From the IMG/VR virus record IMGVR_UViG_3300030433_002664, positions 1 through 38,710 of that record: 38,710 nt of DNA, one strand, 5' to 3'. Shown one piece after another: positions 1-7,388 of this stretch; positions within the stretch are counted from its first letter, which is position 1, and each line of letters opens with the position of its first letter. A program made the translations under genes and the position numbers. Origin of the DNA: a virus. Lineage: Duplodnaviria > Caudoviricetes. A model generated the notes under the pieces. It saw only the letters and a program-made list of their open reading frames with translations, searched no databases and was not told where the DNA came from.

Positions 1-111
1 GAACAGATTAATCCGAATGAAGAATCATTATTCTTGATTCAGGACGAGACTGAGTTGGCACTCGTTCACTACAAACACGATACGACCGGTAGTAGCTTCT
101 TGTCCTTGTGA
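1..111 (+). CDS. Hypothetical protein, C-terminal fragment (truncated by window edge)
   Basis: Frame 1 is open from base 1 (EQINPNEESLFLIQDETELALVHYKHDTTGSSFLSL*). Its TGA (109-111) overlaps the GTG start (108-110) of the next gene (GTGA coupling). Confidence 0.65.
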   Translation, partial: EQINPNEESLFLIQDETELALVHYKHDTTGSSFLSL

Positions 112-734
112 CCAAAAAGAAAAATAGTTGGAAGTCGCTGAGAAATATTCTCGGCAAAATCCACCATATTTCTGAAGATTGGCTAACTCCCGCAGACTAC
201 TTACCGTATATACACGATCTACTGGGAGATATTGATCTAGACCCATGCTCCACGCATGATGCAAATCTACAGTATCTACAGGCAAAAAAAATCTATACGC
301 TTGAAGAAGACGGTCTCAACATTGAGGAACCTTGGGTAGGTAAGACCTATTTGTTTCCGCCAACATATGGGCGTTGCTCGTTCAGTAAGAAACGAGGCAC
401 ATGGCGGTGGAGCACCCGAAGCGGGATCAACTCGAAGCATCCATCAGTCATATGGTTTCGACGCCTACTAAAAGAATGGAAACTGCGTAATGTACCTGAG
501 GCGCTGTTTTATACGACATATCCAGAACTGCTCAGGACTTGTCCTGAAGTATGGGATTATCCTCTTTGCATACCAAAAGACAGAGCACAGCTGATACACG
601 GAGGTAAATATTTTGTTTATAAGGATCCTATCTTCTGGGGTTACTTTGTGTACTTACCGCGCTTGGAGTTTGGTTTTGACCAGGTAGCCCATTTCGAAAG
701 AGTCTTCAGTCCGCTCGGCAGGGTAATTACCTAG
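108..734 (+). CDS. Phage Dam-like DNA N6-adenine methyltransferase-fold protein with a degenerate catalytic motif
   Basis: Motifs EDWLTP, DIDLDPCS, IYTLEEDGL..W match the phage Dam-like family. The expected motif IV NPPY reads FPPTY. Confidence 0.75.
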   Translation: MTKKKNSWKSLRNILGKIHHISEDWLTPADYLPYIHDLLGDIDLDPCSTHDANLQYLQAKKIYTLEEDGLNIEEPWVGKTYLFPPTYGRCSFSKKRGTWRWSTRSGINSKHPSVIWFRRLLKEWKLRNVPEALFYTTYPELLRTCPEVWDYPLCIPKDRAQLIHGGKYFVYKDPIFWGYFVYLPRLEFGFDQVAHFERVFSPLGRVIT

Positions 735-939
735 CCCTAAACTGATTTTTAAATGTTCCTTCACCAAACATAAAGAACCGATCATCAGACTTACGTTCCT
801 GCTCAACATCCGGTCGGTCTGCACGCTTTAGCGCTGCAAATTGACGTAAAAACTGTTTCGCAGCAGTATTGTCAGAGGCGGTAGACATGCCTGCACGTCT
901 TTGATCTACGTCGTATCCTTGTCTTAATTGGTTGTTCAT
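727..939 (-). CDS. Hypothetical protein (70 aa)
   Basis: ATG-started ORF filling the gap between two plus-strand genes, with a TAGAAT -10-like hexamer 6 nt upstream of the ATG. Confidence 0.55.
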   Translation of the reverse strand: MNNQLRQGYDVDQRRAGMSTASDNTAAKQFLRQFAALKRADRPDVEQERKSDDRFFMFGEGTFKNQFRAR

Positions 940-941
940 CG

Positions 942-952
942 TTTTATTCTAA
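942..952 (-). promoter_or_regulatory. TTAGAATAAAA promoter-like (-10) motif
   Basis: The same motif recurs upstream of genes at ~15391-15402, 25243-25254 and 25267-25278. Confidence 0.5.
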
Positions 953-1227
953 TGACACTCAACGATACACAAAAAAGAATTAGCAGCATTTGTGACGACG
1001 TCAAAGAGCTGCTTCTTTTTAAGAATCAACGCTACGGAAATTCAGCATTGGAGCCGATCCGTGTATTCAGTAAAAGCAGCTCTGTAGAGCAGATACTTGT
1101 CCGCATTGACGATAAGCTCAATCGCATTATGAAAGGGGTTGGGCTCGTAGAGGATGACGAAGATGTAGTGATGGATCTAATTGGTTATCTGATCCTGCTT
1201 AAAATGGCATTAGAAAACGAAAAGTAA
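952..1227 (+). CDS. DUF1599 / nucleotide-modification-associated domain 1 protein (MazG-like alpha-helical fold)
   Basis: KNQRYGNS...ILVRIDDKLNRI...DEDVVMDLIGYLIL matches the family pattern. The ATG at 952 is preferred over the TTG at 928. Confidence 0.75.
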   Translation: MTLNDTQKRISSICDDVKELLLFKNQRYGNSALEPIRVFSKSSSVEQILVRIDDKLNRIMKGVGLVEDDEDVVMDLIGYLILLKMALENEK

Positions 1228-1231
1228 ATCT

Positions 1232-1405
1232 ATGGAGTACGAAGAATTCATAAATAACTACAGTAAGGAGCTTCAGATTCTTGACATGATAGACATGCTC
1301 AAGAACTGTGATCCAGATGTCATCCCTGCGCTTGACCGCTTGGTGACTGGCTCCAAAGCCGATAAAAATGTCGAAGAGCCTGGCCAGAGGGATCCCAACT
1401 CTTAA
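1232..1405 (+). CDS. Small hypothetical protein (57 aa, not in ORF track)
   Basis: ATG 4 nt after the previous stop, reading MEYEEFINNYSKELQILDMIDMLKNCDPDVIPALDRLVTGSKADKNVEEPGQRDPNS*. It overlaps the convergent lysozyme gene by 86 nt. Confidence 0.5.
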   Translation: MEYEEFINNYSKELQILDMIDMLKNCDPDVIPALDRLVTGSKADKNVEEPGQRDPNS

Positions 1406-2039
1406 TTTTTTTCTCTAAGTATTCAACTGCTTTAACTTGACTTGGTGCTCCAGTGTAGCTTTCCGTCAAATTCAGCAGGCAAACATTGGTTGCACATTTG
1501 TGCTTTACAAATGTAGGGATTTCCTTGTCGGCTGAAAAATACGTATCGAGCTCAGCTCTCCTGCGATCACGCATTTGATCGCCACCTGACAACCAATAAG
1601 TGTTTATATACGGGCTCCACTCCTTGATGATCGAGTTCTTGCTTGCATGCGAGTTGATGAGCTCAAGAAGTTTAGAGTTTTTGAATCCGCAGATGCCAAG
1701 GCTCCAGGCGAAACTCAGAAGAGCACCCTTTCGTTTGTCGTTTAAGGGAACAAAGACGTATTCAGAAACTTGATTAGAAAACTCTTTAAGGTCCTCGATC
1801 AATTGAGTTTCTATCTCGGATTTTGTGAGTTTCTCATTGAAGGCTACACGCCTCTTTCCAACCATATGGCTGCCGTAGCCGATACGCCACATCGACTCAC
1901 CAAAATCTTTATAGGCAGCAAAACGCCCCATACCAATAGCGGTACGGGGCTGACCATGTTTTTTAATTAACTCAATACCGACGTCCGTCAAGAACGGATG
2001 TTCGTCCCAATCAGATTTTTTATTCTTACGGGACCTCAA
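1320..2039 (-). CDS. GH24 (phage lysozyme)-fold protein with an atypical catalytic motif and a C-terminal extension
   Basis: GIELIK..AYKD...WRIGYG, VPLND..KGALLSFAWSLG..GFKNSKLL..IN and RRRAE are GH24 endolysin hallmarks. Confidence 0.8.
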   Translation of the reverse strand: MRSRKNKKSDWDEHPFLTDVGIELIKKHGQPRTAIGMGRFAAYKDFGESMWRIGYGSHMVGKRRVAFNEKLTKSEIETQLIEDLKEFSNQVSEYVFVPLNDKRKGALLSFAWSLGICGFKNSKLLELINSHASKNSIIKEWSPYINTYWLSGGDQMRDRRRAELDTYFSADKEIPTFVKHKCATNVCLLNLTESYTGAPSQVKAVEYLEKKIKSWDPSGQALRHFYRLWSQSPSGQAQG

Positions 2040-2409
2040 CGGTGGCGGTGTAGCTCACCTCAGAATAACCGTCCAGCTTTAAAAGGACAATGTAATCTTT
2101 TGCTGCATTGGTGACAGTCAAACCGACAGCACCGCCGCCTTTGCCCGCTTTGGCAATGTTGGAGAATTTCTTATATCCTGTCGGTGCGCTACCGGCAGAG
2201 TGGCTATCTTCTTGGAAGATTTCTACGGAGTTGACACCTGTAGATTTGTTGATTGTGACCGTGATGTCTCCAGTGCTGCCGGGATTCACTTTGAATCCGC
2301 GAATGTTACTGCCACGACTATTGGCTGTAGTAGAGCCCTCATAAGTCACATCGGAACCAGTGTCGACTTCGAAGGTGTCGAGAGTGCCTTTAACAGTACG
2401 AGTTGCCAT
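2026..2409 (-). CDS. Hypothetical beta-rich protein (possibly virion-associated)
   Basis: 127-aa T/S/G-rich ORF tightly packed between its neighbours. Confidence 0.65.
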   Translation of the reverse strand: MATRTVKGTLDTFEVDTGSDVTYEGSTTANSRGSNIRGFKVNPGSTGDITVTINKSTGVNSVEIFQEDSHSAGSAPTGYKKFSNIAKAGKGGGAVGLTVTNAAKDYIVLLKLDGYSEVSYTATVEVP

Positions 2410-2414
2410 GGTAT

Positions 2415-2630
2415 TTAAGAAAGTTGGCCCAGGGTGGAAAGATTAAATGTGATATCGGCATCGATACCGTGATCTTTGAGAATCCCCAAGAACATCTGCC
2501 GATCGAGAGCTTTTTGGTGGAGGATTTCAATAAATGCTTCTTCTAGCTCATCTCGGTCCATGCCTTGAATCGCTAGTGACGCTGCGTGGATTTGAAATTC
2601 AACATCCACAGGAAGCCCTAATGCATCCAT
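2415..2630 (-). CDS. nblA: NblA-like phycobilisome degradation adaptor
   Basis: LPVDVEFQIHAASLAIQGMDRDELEEAFIEILHQKALDRQMFLGILK aligns without gaps to the NblA pattern L(S/T)LEQQF.......VQ.MS.EQA...L..L..QM..R...Y..LLK. The size (71 aa) is typical. Confidence 0.7.
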   Translation of the reverse strand: MDALGLPVDVEFQIHAASLAIQGMDRDELEEAFIEILHQKALDRQMFLGILKDHGIDADITFNLSTLGQLS

Positions 2631-2685
2631 GGTTTGCCTTTACCTTAGAACCATCTTACCAGCGCTGAATTAACTAGCAACGCAA

Positions 2686-2841
2686 TCAACTACGCCGCCT
2701 ATATCTGCGTTTTTTGTAGCGACCCGTAGGACTCTTGCGTTTCGACTTGCTCTGGCGCAACCAATTCTTCTTCAGAAGAAAATAGCCAACAAAATACGAA
2801 GCTCCTGTTAGGGCTAAAAATGTCGATAAAGCGATGATCAT
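2686..2841 (-). CDS. Small single-TM membrane protein with a highly basic tail (51 aa, not in ORF track)
   Basis: MIIALSTFLALTGASYFVGYFLLKKNWLRQSKSKRKSPTGRYKKRRYRRRS*. The ATG overlaps the upstream TGA (TGATG). Confidence 0.6.
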   Translation of the reverse strand: MIIALSTFLALTGASYFVGYFLLKKNWLRQSKSKRKSPTGRYKKRRYRRRS

Positions 2842-3038
2842 CAATCAGGACTGATGTTGAATACGCACTCCATATAAATTTTATAGAACCCAGTCCTCAT
2901 TCTCTGTAGATTTAGCTGTTCCTCTGGATCGCCACCAGGCCAATCTCTATATGCTTTGTCGAGAAGAGCCAGGATTATTTTGAGCGCTGCTCCATTTAAC
3001 TTGACGTCAAATATTTGTTCATCTGTGTTGTCGGGCAC
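2841..3038 (-). CDS. Hypothetical protein (65 aa)
   Basis: GTG-started ORF in a packed minus-strand run, containing WPGGDPEEQ. Confidence 0.6.
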   Translation of the reverse strand: MPDNTDEQIFDVKLNGAALKIILALLDKAYRDWPGGDPEEQLNLQRMRTGFYKIYMECVFNISPD

Positions 3039-3050
3039 GGGCTTTCTTTA

Positions 3051-3338
3051 TCACCACTTCACTTTATGACTCCAATACCGTGCTGACATCTTGTCTGGCT
3101 TGGAATCTTGTGCATTGTGTCTAGCGTAATAGGACGCTTTTCTGGCTTTCTCCTTGGCTGTCTTCGGATTCTTGCCAGCACCTTTGACACCCTGTTGACC
3201 GAAACGTATAATCTTTTCTTCGCCGTCTTTACAAGCTTTAACCACATGACTTTTAGTCGCGTGGTCCGGAGTTCGTTTTGGTTTATTGCACTTCATGTGC
3301 TCTTTAGCCAACTTCTTAGCTTTCTTGCGGTCAGCCAT
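3051..3338 (-). CDS. Small basic viral protein (DUF5754-like: ..RFG..RKASYYARH..SARYWS..W)
   Basis: The motif pattern resembles a widespread small Lys-rich viral protein. The start is placed at ATG 3338 (MADRKK). Confidence 0.7.
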   Translation of the reverse strand: MADRKKAKKLAKEHMKCNKPKRTPDHATKSHVVKACKDGEEKIIRFGQQGVKGAGKNPKTAKEKARKASYYARHNAQDSKPDKMSARYWSHKVKW

Positions 3339-3339
3339 A

Positions 3340-3507
3340 TCAGACCTGCACAACTCCTCTTTGGATCTTACCGATCATGTCATTACGAACTTCACCACGC
3401 AAAGCTTCGTCTCCAGGGCCAGGTACTCGCTGATCTTTGAGCTGCTCTAAAAAAGCTTTTAGAAAGTCTTCTTCGTTAGGACGCGATCCAGCTGATGTAG
3501 GAGTCAT
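3340..3507 (-). CDS. Small hypothetical protein (55 aa, not in ORF track)
   Basis: MTPTSAGSRPNEEDFLKAFLEQLKDQRVPGPGDEALRGEVRNDMIGKIQRGVVQV*. It fills the gap and stops 1 nt before the next ATG. Confidence 0.55.
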   Translation of the reverse strand: MTPTSAGSRPNEEDFLKAFLEQLKDQRVPGPGDEALRGEVRNDMIGKIQRGVVQV

Positions 3508-3895
3508 TATCGATGTAAGGCTGAGCGCCTTCTGTACTAGGTAACTTTATGGAATAGGGCTTTTGCTCTAACCATATCATGATTTTATCAAACCTTTCTT
3601 TTGTATAAAACAGCTGCTGTTCCGTGTACCAGTCTTCTACAAGACTAGATCCCTTTGCCCTATTACAGGAATTGCAACAGCAGCACATGTTAGATCTTAC
3701 GTTGTGACCGCCCTTGTGTTTAGGAAGAATGTGATCAATTGTCGCTGTATCAGGGGTCAATTCTTTTCCGCAATATGCACATTTCCAATCCCAACTTTCA
3801 AAAATATGTTTTCTAAATTGTCGACGAGCAAGTTTTGGACTTAAGACAATGAGGTTGACTAATAGATCTTGCTCGCAATGAAACACTTTTGGCAT
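3476..3895 (-). CDS. HNH endonuclease
   Basis: CAYCG...TIDHILPKHKGG.N...NMCCCCNSCNRAKG is a canonical Zn-binding HNH motif. The start is uncertain (ATG 3895 or a nearby GTG). Confidence 0.9.
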   Translation of the reverse strand: MPKVFHCEQDLLVNLIVLSPKLARRQFRKHIFESWDWKCAYCGKELTPDTATIDHILPKHKGGHNVRSNMCCCCNSCNRAKGSSLVEDWYTEQQLFYTKERFDKIMIWLEQKPYSIKLPSTEGAQPYIDNDSYISWIAS

Positions 3896-3956
3896 TCCAG
3901 TCTTGTCAAAACTGTATGCTGCACACACTTCTAGTTAACGCTATGCTCGGTGAGCT

Positions 3957-4040
3957 GGGAGCGTGGTGGAATCGGTAGACACACAGGACTTAAAATCCTG
4001 AGGCCCTGCGGCCGTGAGGGTTCAAGTCCCTCCGCTCCTA
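3957..4040 (+). tRNA. trnL: tRNA-Leu(UAA), intronless, CCA not encoded
   Basis: Acceptor GGGAGCG/CGCTCCT plus discriminator A; D-arm GTGGAATCGGTAGACAC; anticodon stem CAGGA/TCCTG with loop CTTAAAA (TAA at 3991-3993); variable arm GGCC-ctgc-GGCC; T-arm GAGGG-TTCAAGT-CCCTC. Confidence 0.97.
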
Positions 4041-4289
4041 TCATTCAGTCAGCCCAACAGCATCCCAATCAACTTCTTCTGGATCGGGATCCACGTGAGA
4101 ATCTTCGATAATTTTAAGAATGAAATAGTGAAGTCTTCCGAGTACCCAATTCAAATCTTCATCGGAAATGTCCCTAATAATGGCGTCTAGCCGCATCTCA
4201 CGAGTCGCTGGAGAGAGGTGTTCAGAGACCAATTCCAACGCTCTATAGCGCCCTCTAGTCATCTCTCCAAGCATGCTATTAGTTGTCAT
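4041..4289 (-). CDS. Hypothetical protein (82 aa)
   Basis: ORF coupled to the upstream gene, with its stop abutting the tRNA 3' end. Confidence 0.65.
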   Translation of the reverse strand: MTTNSMLGEMTRGRYRALELVSEHLSPATREMRLDAIIRDISDEDLNWVLGRLHYFILKIIEDSHVDPDPEEVDWDAVGLTE

Positions 4290-4479
4290 CTAAAGCCTCT
4301 GTTAATGAAGTGGCGTCCAGCCTTTGCTTGATGATAGCGATTCCTTCCAAAGCGCCAATAACTTTCAAATAAAGTTCCTTCTCACGCATGAGGCTTTCTT
4401 CAGCTGCTCTGATCTTTTCTGCCAACTCCTGCTGCTGGAGAAGCAATTTCTCTTCTGTATCCTTGAGAATTTCGTCCAT
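4279..4479 (-). CDS. Small coiled-coil protein
   Basis: Heptad-like E/Q/L-rich sequence MDEILKDTEEKLLLQQQELAEKI...LKVIGALEGI. Confidence 0.65.
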   Translation of the reverse strand: MDEILKDTEEKLLLQQQELAEKIRAAEESLMREKELYLKVIGALEGIAIIKQRLDATSLTEALDDN

Positions 4480-4486
4480 GACTAAT

Positions 4487-5296
4487 CTATTTCTGCTCAA
4501 ATCTTAGCCAAGCCCACGCACTTGCGCCGCCTCCGTAAAAAATCCGTCGATCCGCATCTTTGCGGTTGTATTTGATGCTCTGTCCTGCGCCTTCTACCGT
4601 CGAAAGCCATTTGCCATTACGTAGGTCCAGCGCCCCACATGGATCGTGTACCAGCCAATTATCTTTACTGTAACCAAACACCACTACAAAATAGGTCATG
4701 CCGTAGGGACTTAACCAAGAGCCTTCAGAAACGATCGCCACCACGACTGGGCGCCCTTGATCTATCTCGGTTTCGAGGTCCTCAGGGGCTATGGATTCTG
4801 AATAAGTAAATTTGACACCCAAATCACGCAAGGCCGCCTTGTTATGACGCTTTGCAGTACCATCTCCGTGCTTGTGTACTGCCTTTAAATAATCTTCATA
4901 ACAAGCTATTTCACCGATTTCGAGATATAGAAGGCACGACACCAAGCTATTCATCTGTGCCTTACGGAAATCATGAGCCGCTTCTAAAGGCAAATGCCGA
5001 TAAGGAAAGCGTGATAAATATCTCAGGCCATCAGATTCCCTATAGGGTTTTTCCGTCAGTATGTCCTCCTCAACCAACCAGTCTGCGTCCTGCACCCACC
5101 ACTTACCTAATCCATTGCTGATAAGTGTGTGCTGATCCGAATGCGCTTTGATACGGGTGCAGGGCAGGCGGCTGGAGGCGAGAACATCGGCGTAATCCTC
5201 TAAAAAAAGCTCCTCAATCGGGAAGGGGTGTTTTTTTAAGACAGTCGGAACCTTCGCGACAAGCGTGACCTGCCGCCCGATTTCTACCGATCTCAT
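4487..5296 (-). CDS. Peptidase C39-like fold protein, apparently lacking catalytic Cys and His
   Basis: EIDQGRPVVV...VVVFGY...WLVHDPCG.LDL.NG is the C39-like core. The expected His position reads Y (MTYFVVVFGY) and the expected Cys region reads RKAQMNS. Confidence 0.7.
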   Translation of the reverse strand: MRSVEIGRQVTLVAKVPTVLKKHPFPIEELFLEDYADVLASSRLPCTRIKAHSDQHTLISNGLGKWWVQDADWLVEEDILTEKPYRESDGLRYLSRFPYRHLPLEAAHDFRKAQMNSLVSCLLYLEIGEIACYEDYLKAVHKHGDGTAKRHNKAALRDLGVKFTYSESIAPEDLETEIDQGRPVVVAIVSEGSWLSPYGMTYFVVVFGYSKDNWLVHDPCGALDLRNGKWLSTVEGAGQSIKYNRKDADRRIFYGGGASAWAWLRFEQK

Positions 5297-5310
5297 GCCT
5301 TGACGTCTAC

Positions 5311-5916
5311 TTAAGAGGCATCATCACACCCTTTCACGGCCTTTGCAATCGTTCCACCAACTTCGCCACCCTTTTGTTGACCTAACATGACGGCCCAGCC
5401 AGAAGCAAGCCAGCCGACGTAAGGGATGCCTGTGAGCACTGGGGCGAAGCCAGAAGCGACACTAGCTCCCACCATCGCACCTGTGCTTTCGCCAGACCCT
5501 TCCGCCTTGATGCACGCTGTGCGTTCTGCAGACAGGCCTCCGGGCTTTCCCCCGGGGAGTTCTCCTCCGCCTGTATTGAGGTACCCGTCCATGGTGTACT
5601 CATTAACGTCATATTCCCTTCTTCTTTCATCAACGAAACTACCTTTTGTAAAGAACCCTCCTTCTTTCTGGACGGTCTTGTCAAGATCTAACGCTCGCCT
5701 GTTTCTCAGGACTTTGGGGTCATTCGCGTTATATCGGACACGGTAACCCTCTTTCCCAACCTCGACGTTATAAGAAGAGTACGGACCTGTTGGGATGTTG
5801 ATAGAAGGTAAAACCGTGGCGGGACGATTTGCAGCTTGGATCAAGTGTCCGAGGATGCCGAGGTGAGCCACTCCGAAAACGGTGGCCAATCCGATAAAGA
5901 GGGGTTTGTAGCTCAT
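5311..5916 (-). CDS. Membrane protein with N-terminal TM and C-terminal glycine zipper
   Basis: N-terminal hydrophobic helix; C-terminal GAMVGASVASG..IPYVGWLASG..GGEVGG flanked by two Cys. Confidence 0.75.
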   Translation of the reverse strand: MSYKPLFIGLATVFGVAHLGILGHLIQAANRPATVLPSINIPTGPYSSYNVEVGKEGYRVRYNANDPKVLRNRRALDLDKTVQKEGGFFTKGSFVDERRREYDVNEYTMDGYLNTGGGELPGGKPGGLSAERTACIKAEGSGESTGAMVGASVASGFAPVLTGIPYVGWLASGWAVMLGQQKGGEVGGTIAKAVKGCDDAS

Positions 5917-5920
5917 GGAA

Positions 5921-6367
5921 TTACATTTTGAAAGTTTCGTCGCTTTTCGCAGGCCCGGTTGTAATTTTCAAAGGTGCTTGCTCAACACGAATAACCTGTG
6001 CGGGTGCAGTTTGCGATGCTTTCTCAATCAACCGCTCGATGTCCGCACGTGTGATTGATCCACCAGAGTCTTTCATCTTCATAGTGCCATCACCAGATTT
6101 CTTAGCTGTTTGGACGCCATAGGAAGCCAAAACTCCTGTAAAGACGCTGGCGATGAAAGTTGGATCGATTTTTTGTTGTACTAAGCCAGGGATGGTTACA
6201 TAATTCAGAGTAAGAATACCGCCACTCCAAATCAACACACCAAGGCGCACAAAATTAGATAAGATGGCTAAATGCTCTTCTGAGTCTCCAACCTTCTCTT
6301 TGATTTTTGCAAAAGGTCCTTTCTTCTTTTCTTCCTTGACCTCTTCTTGGGTAGTTTCGTTAGCCAT
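5921..6367 (-). CDS. Two-TM membrane protein of cyanophage type
   Basis: VRLGVLIWSGGILTLNYV and IDPTFIASVFTGVLASYGV helices. It resembles, from memory, a conserved marine cyanophage hypothetical protein. Confidence 0.75.
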   Translation of the reverse strand: MANETTQEEVKEEKKKGPFAKIKEKVGDSEEHLAILSNFVRLGVLIWSGGILTLNYVTIPGLVQQKIDPTFIASVFTGVLASYGVQTAKKSGDGTMKMKDSGGSITRADIERLIEKASQTAPAQVIRVEQAPLKITTGPAKSDETFKM

Positions 6368-6440
6368 GGGTACAAGTATTTTCATTTAATATCATACTGT
6401 GTTTGCCTCGTTTAATATCAGAGTAGTGTAAATAAAAATC

Positions 6441-6932
6441 ATGCTCCGCTTCCTTGCTCTGGCTTTTTTGTTTGCAGCTCCTGCACATGCAGACATCACC
6501 TCTAAATTGCAAAGCTCTGTACAGTTGCAGGTGGATGGCGCTGCAAGTCAGGCGACAAAGATAGGTAGTACATATAGCGTTAGCGGAAGCAATGTAAAAA
6601 TCACAAGCGATGGCGCCTTTGGTGGATTGAACACACTGAGTGCAGGAAATGCGGTCGGATACACAGGCACTGACGTTGAAATCAATACAGCTGGCGCAGC
6701 GTTTCAGTTCACAGAGTCGTTTATTGAAGGCGATGCAAAACCGACAGCAACGACTGTTTCTTCTGGTGTCGTAGGTTCATTGCCCATGCTGGGTCAGACC
6801 ACGACAACCTCCGGCGGTGTGGCCGGGTCCTTGGCAGGCACAATTACCAGTGGCGGTGTTATGACAATTACTGCAGGTGGGGCCGGTACGAGTGCTACAG
6901 GACAACACGTTTCTGAGATTACGGTCAGATAA
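6441..6932 (+). CDS. Exported G/T/S-rich beta protein with Sec signal peptide
   Basis: MLRFLALAFLFAAPAHA|DIT has an AxA cleavage site, and the mature part is beta-strand rich. Confidence 0.8.
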   Translation: MLRFLALAFLFAAPAHADITSKLQSSVQLQVDGAASQATKIGSTYSVSGSNVKITSDGAFGGLNTLSAGNAVGYTGTDVEINTAGAAFQFTESFIEGDAKPTATTVSSGVVGSLPMLGQTTTTSGGVAGSLAGTITSGGVMTITAGGAGTSATGQHVSEITVR

Positions 6933-7388
6933 ATGGATCGCCTACATGAGTCGCTTCTTTTGGGGCTCTTGCTCGGCATCTTTCACGGCTTAATGCAACC
7001 AGCAAGAAGCGTTCCAGTAGTGCCCAACTTCACCCAGGGCAGCTTGACCAGCCGCACAGAAACAACGTCCTTGGTGACGGAAACAATTAATTCAATTGAC
7101 TACAACACGGGATACCAGTATTCTGTAACGGGTACTAATATCAAAAACTCAGGCGGCAGTATTTCACCACGGGCCACCAGCACCTCTGGCAATACTGTAA
7201 ACGGGGTACAAAGTGCATGGACAACCGTGGATCTATCAAGCAAGCCGTCCTGGGAAATTGTAAACCCTGGCGCTGGTTTTCAGTACACAGAAACACTCAG
7301 CGGTCCTGGACTCGCCAATCAAACGATAATCCAAAGAACAACAGAAGTAACAAGCGTCACAGAAAGTACCTCTATCTTTTCGCAATAA
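6933..7388 (+). CDS. Exported T/S-rich protein with signal peptide
   Basis: Hydrophobic N-terminus ending ARS|VPVVPNF; starts immediately after the previous stop. Confidence 0.8.
   Translation: MDRLHESLLLGLLLGIFHGLMQPARSVPVVPNFTQGSLTSRTETTSLVTETINSIDYNTGYQYSVTGTNIKNSGGSISPRATSTSGNTVNGVQSAWTTVDLSSKPSWEIVNPGAGFQYTETLSGPGLANQTIIQRTTEVTSVTESTSIFSQ

Noticed and set aside
3957-4040. tRNA as a prophage attachment site, or carrying a group I intron
   Set aside because: No integrase, duplicated tRNA 3' end or host genes are present, and the anticodon loop is an uninterrupted 7 nt.
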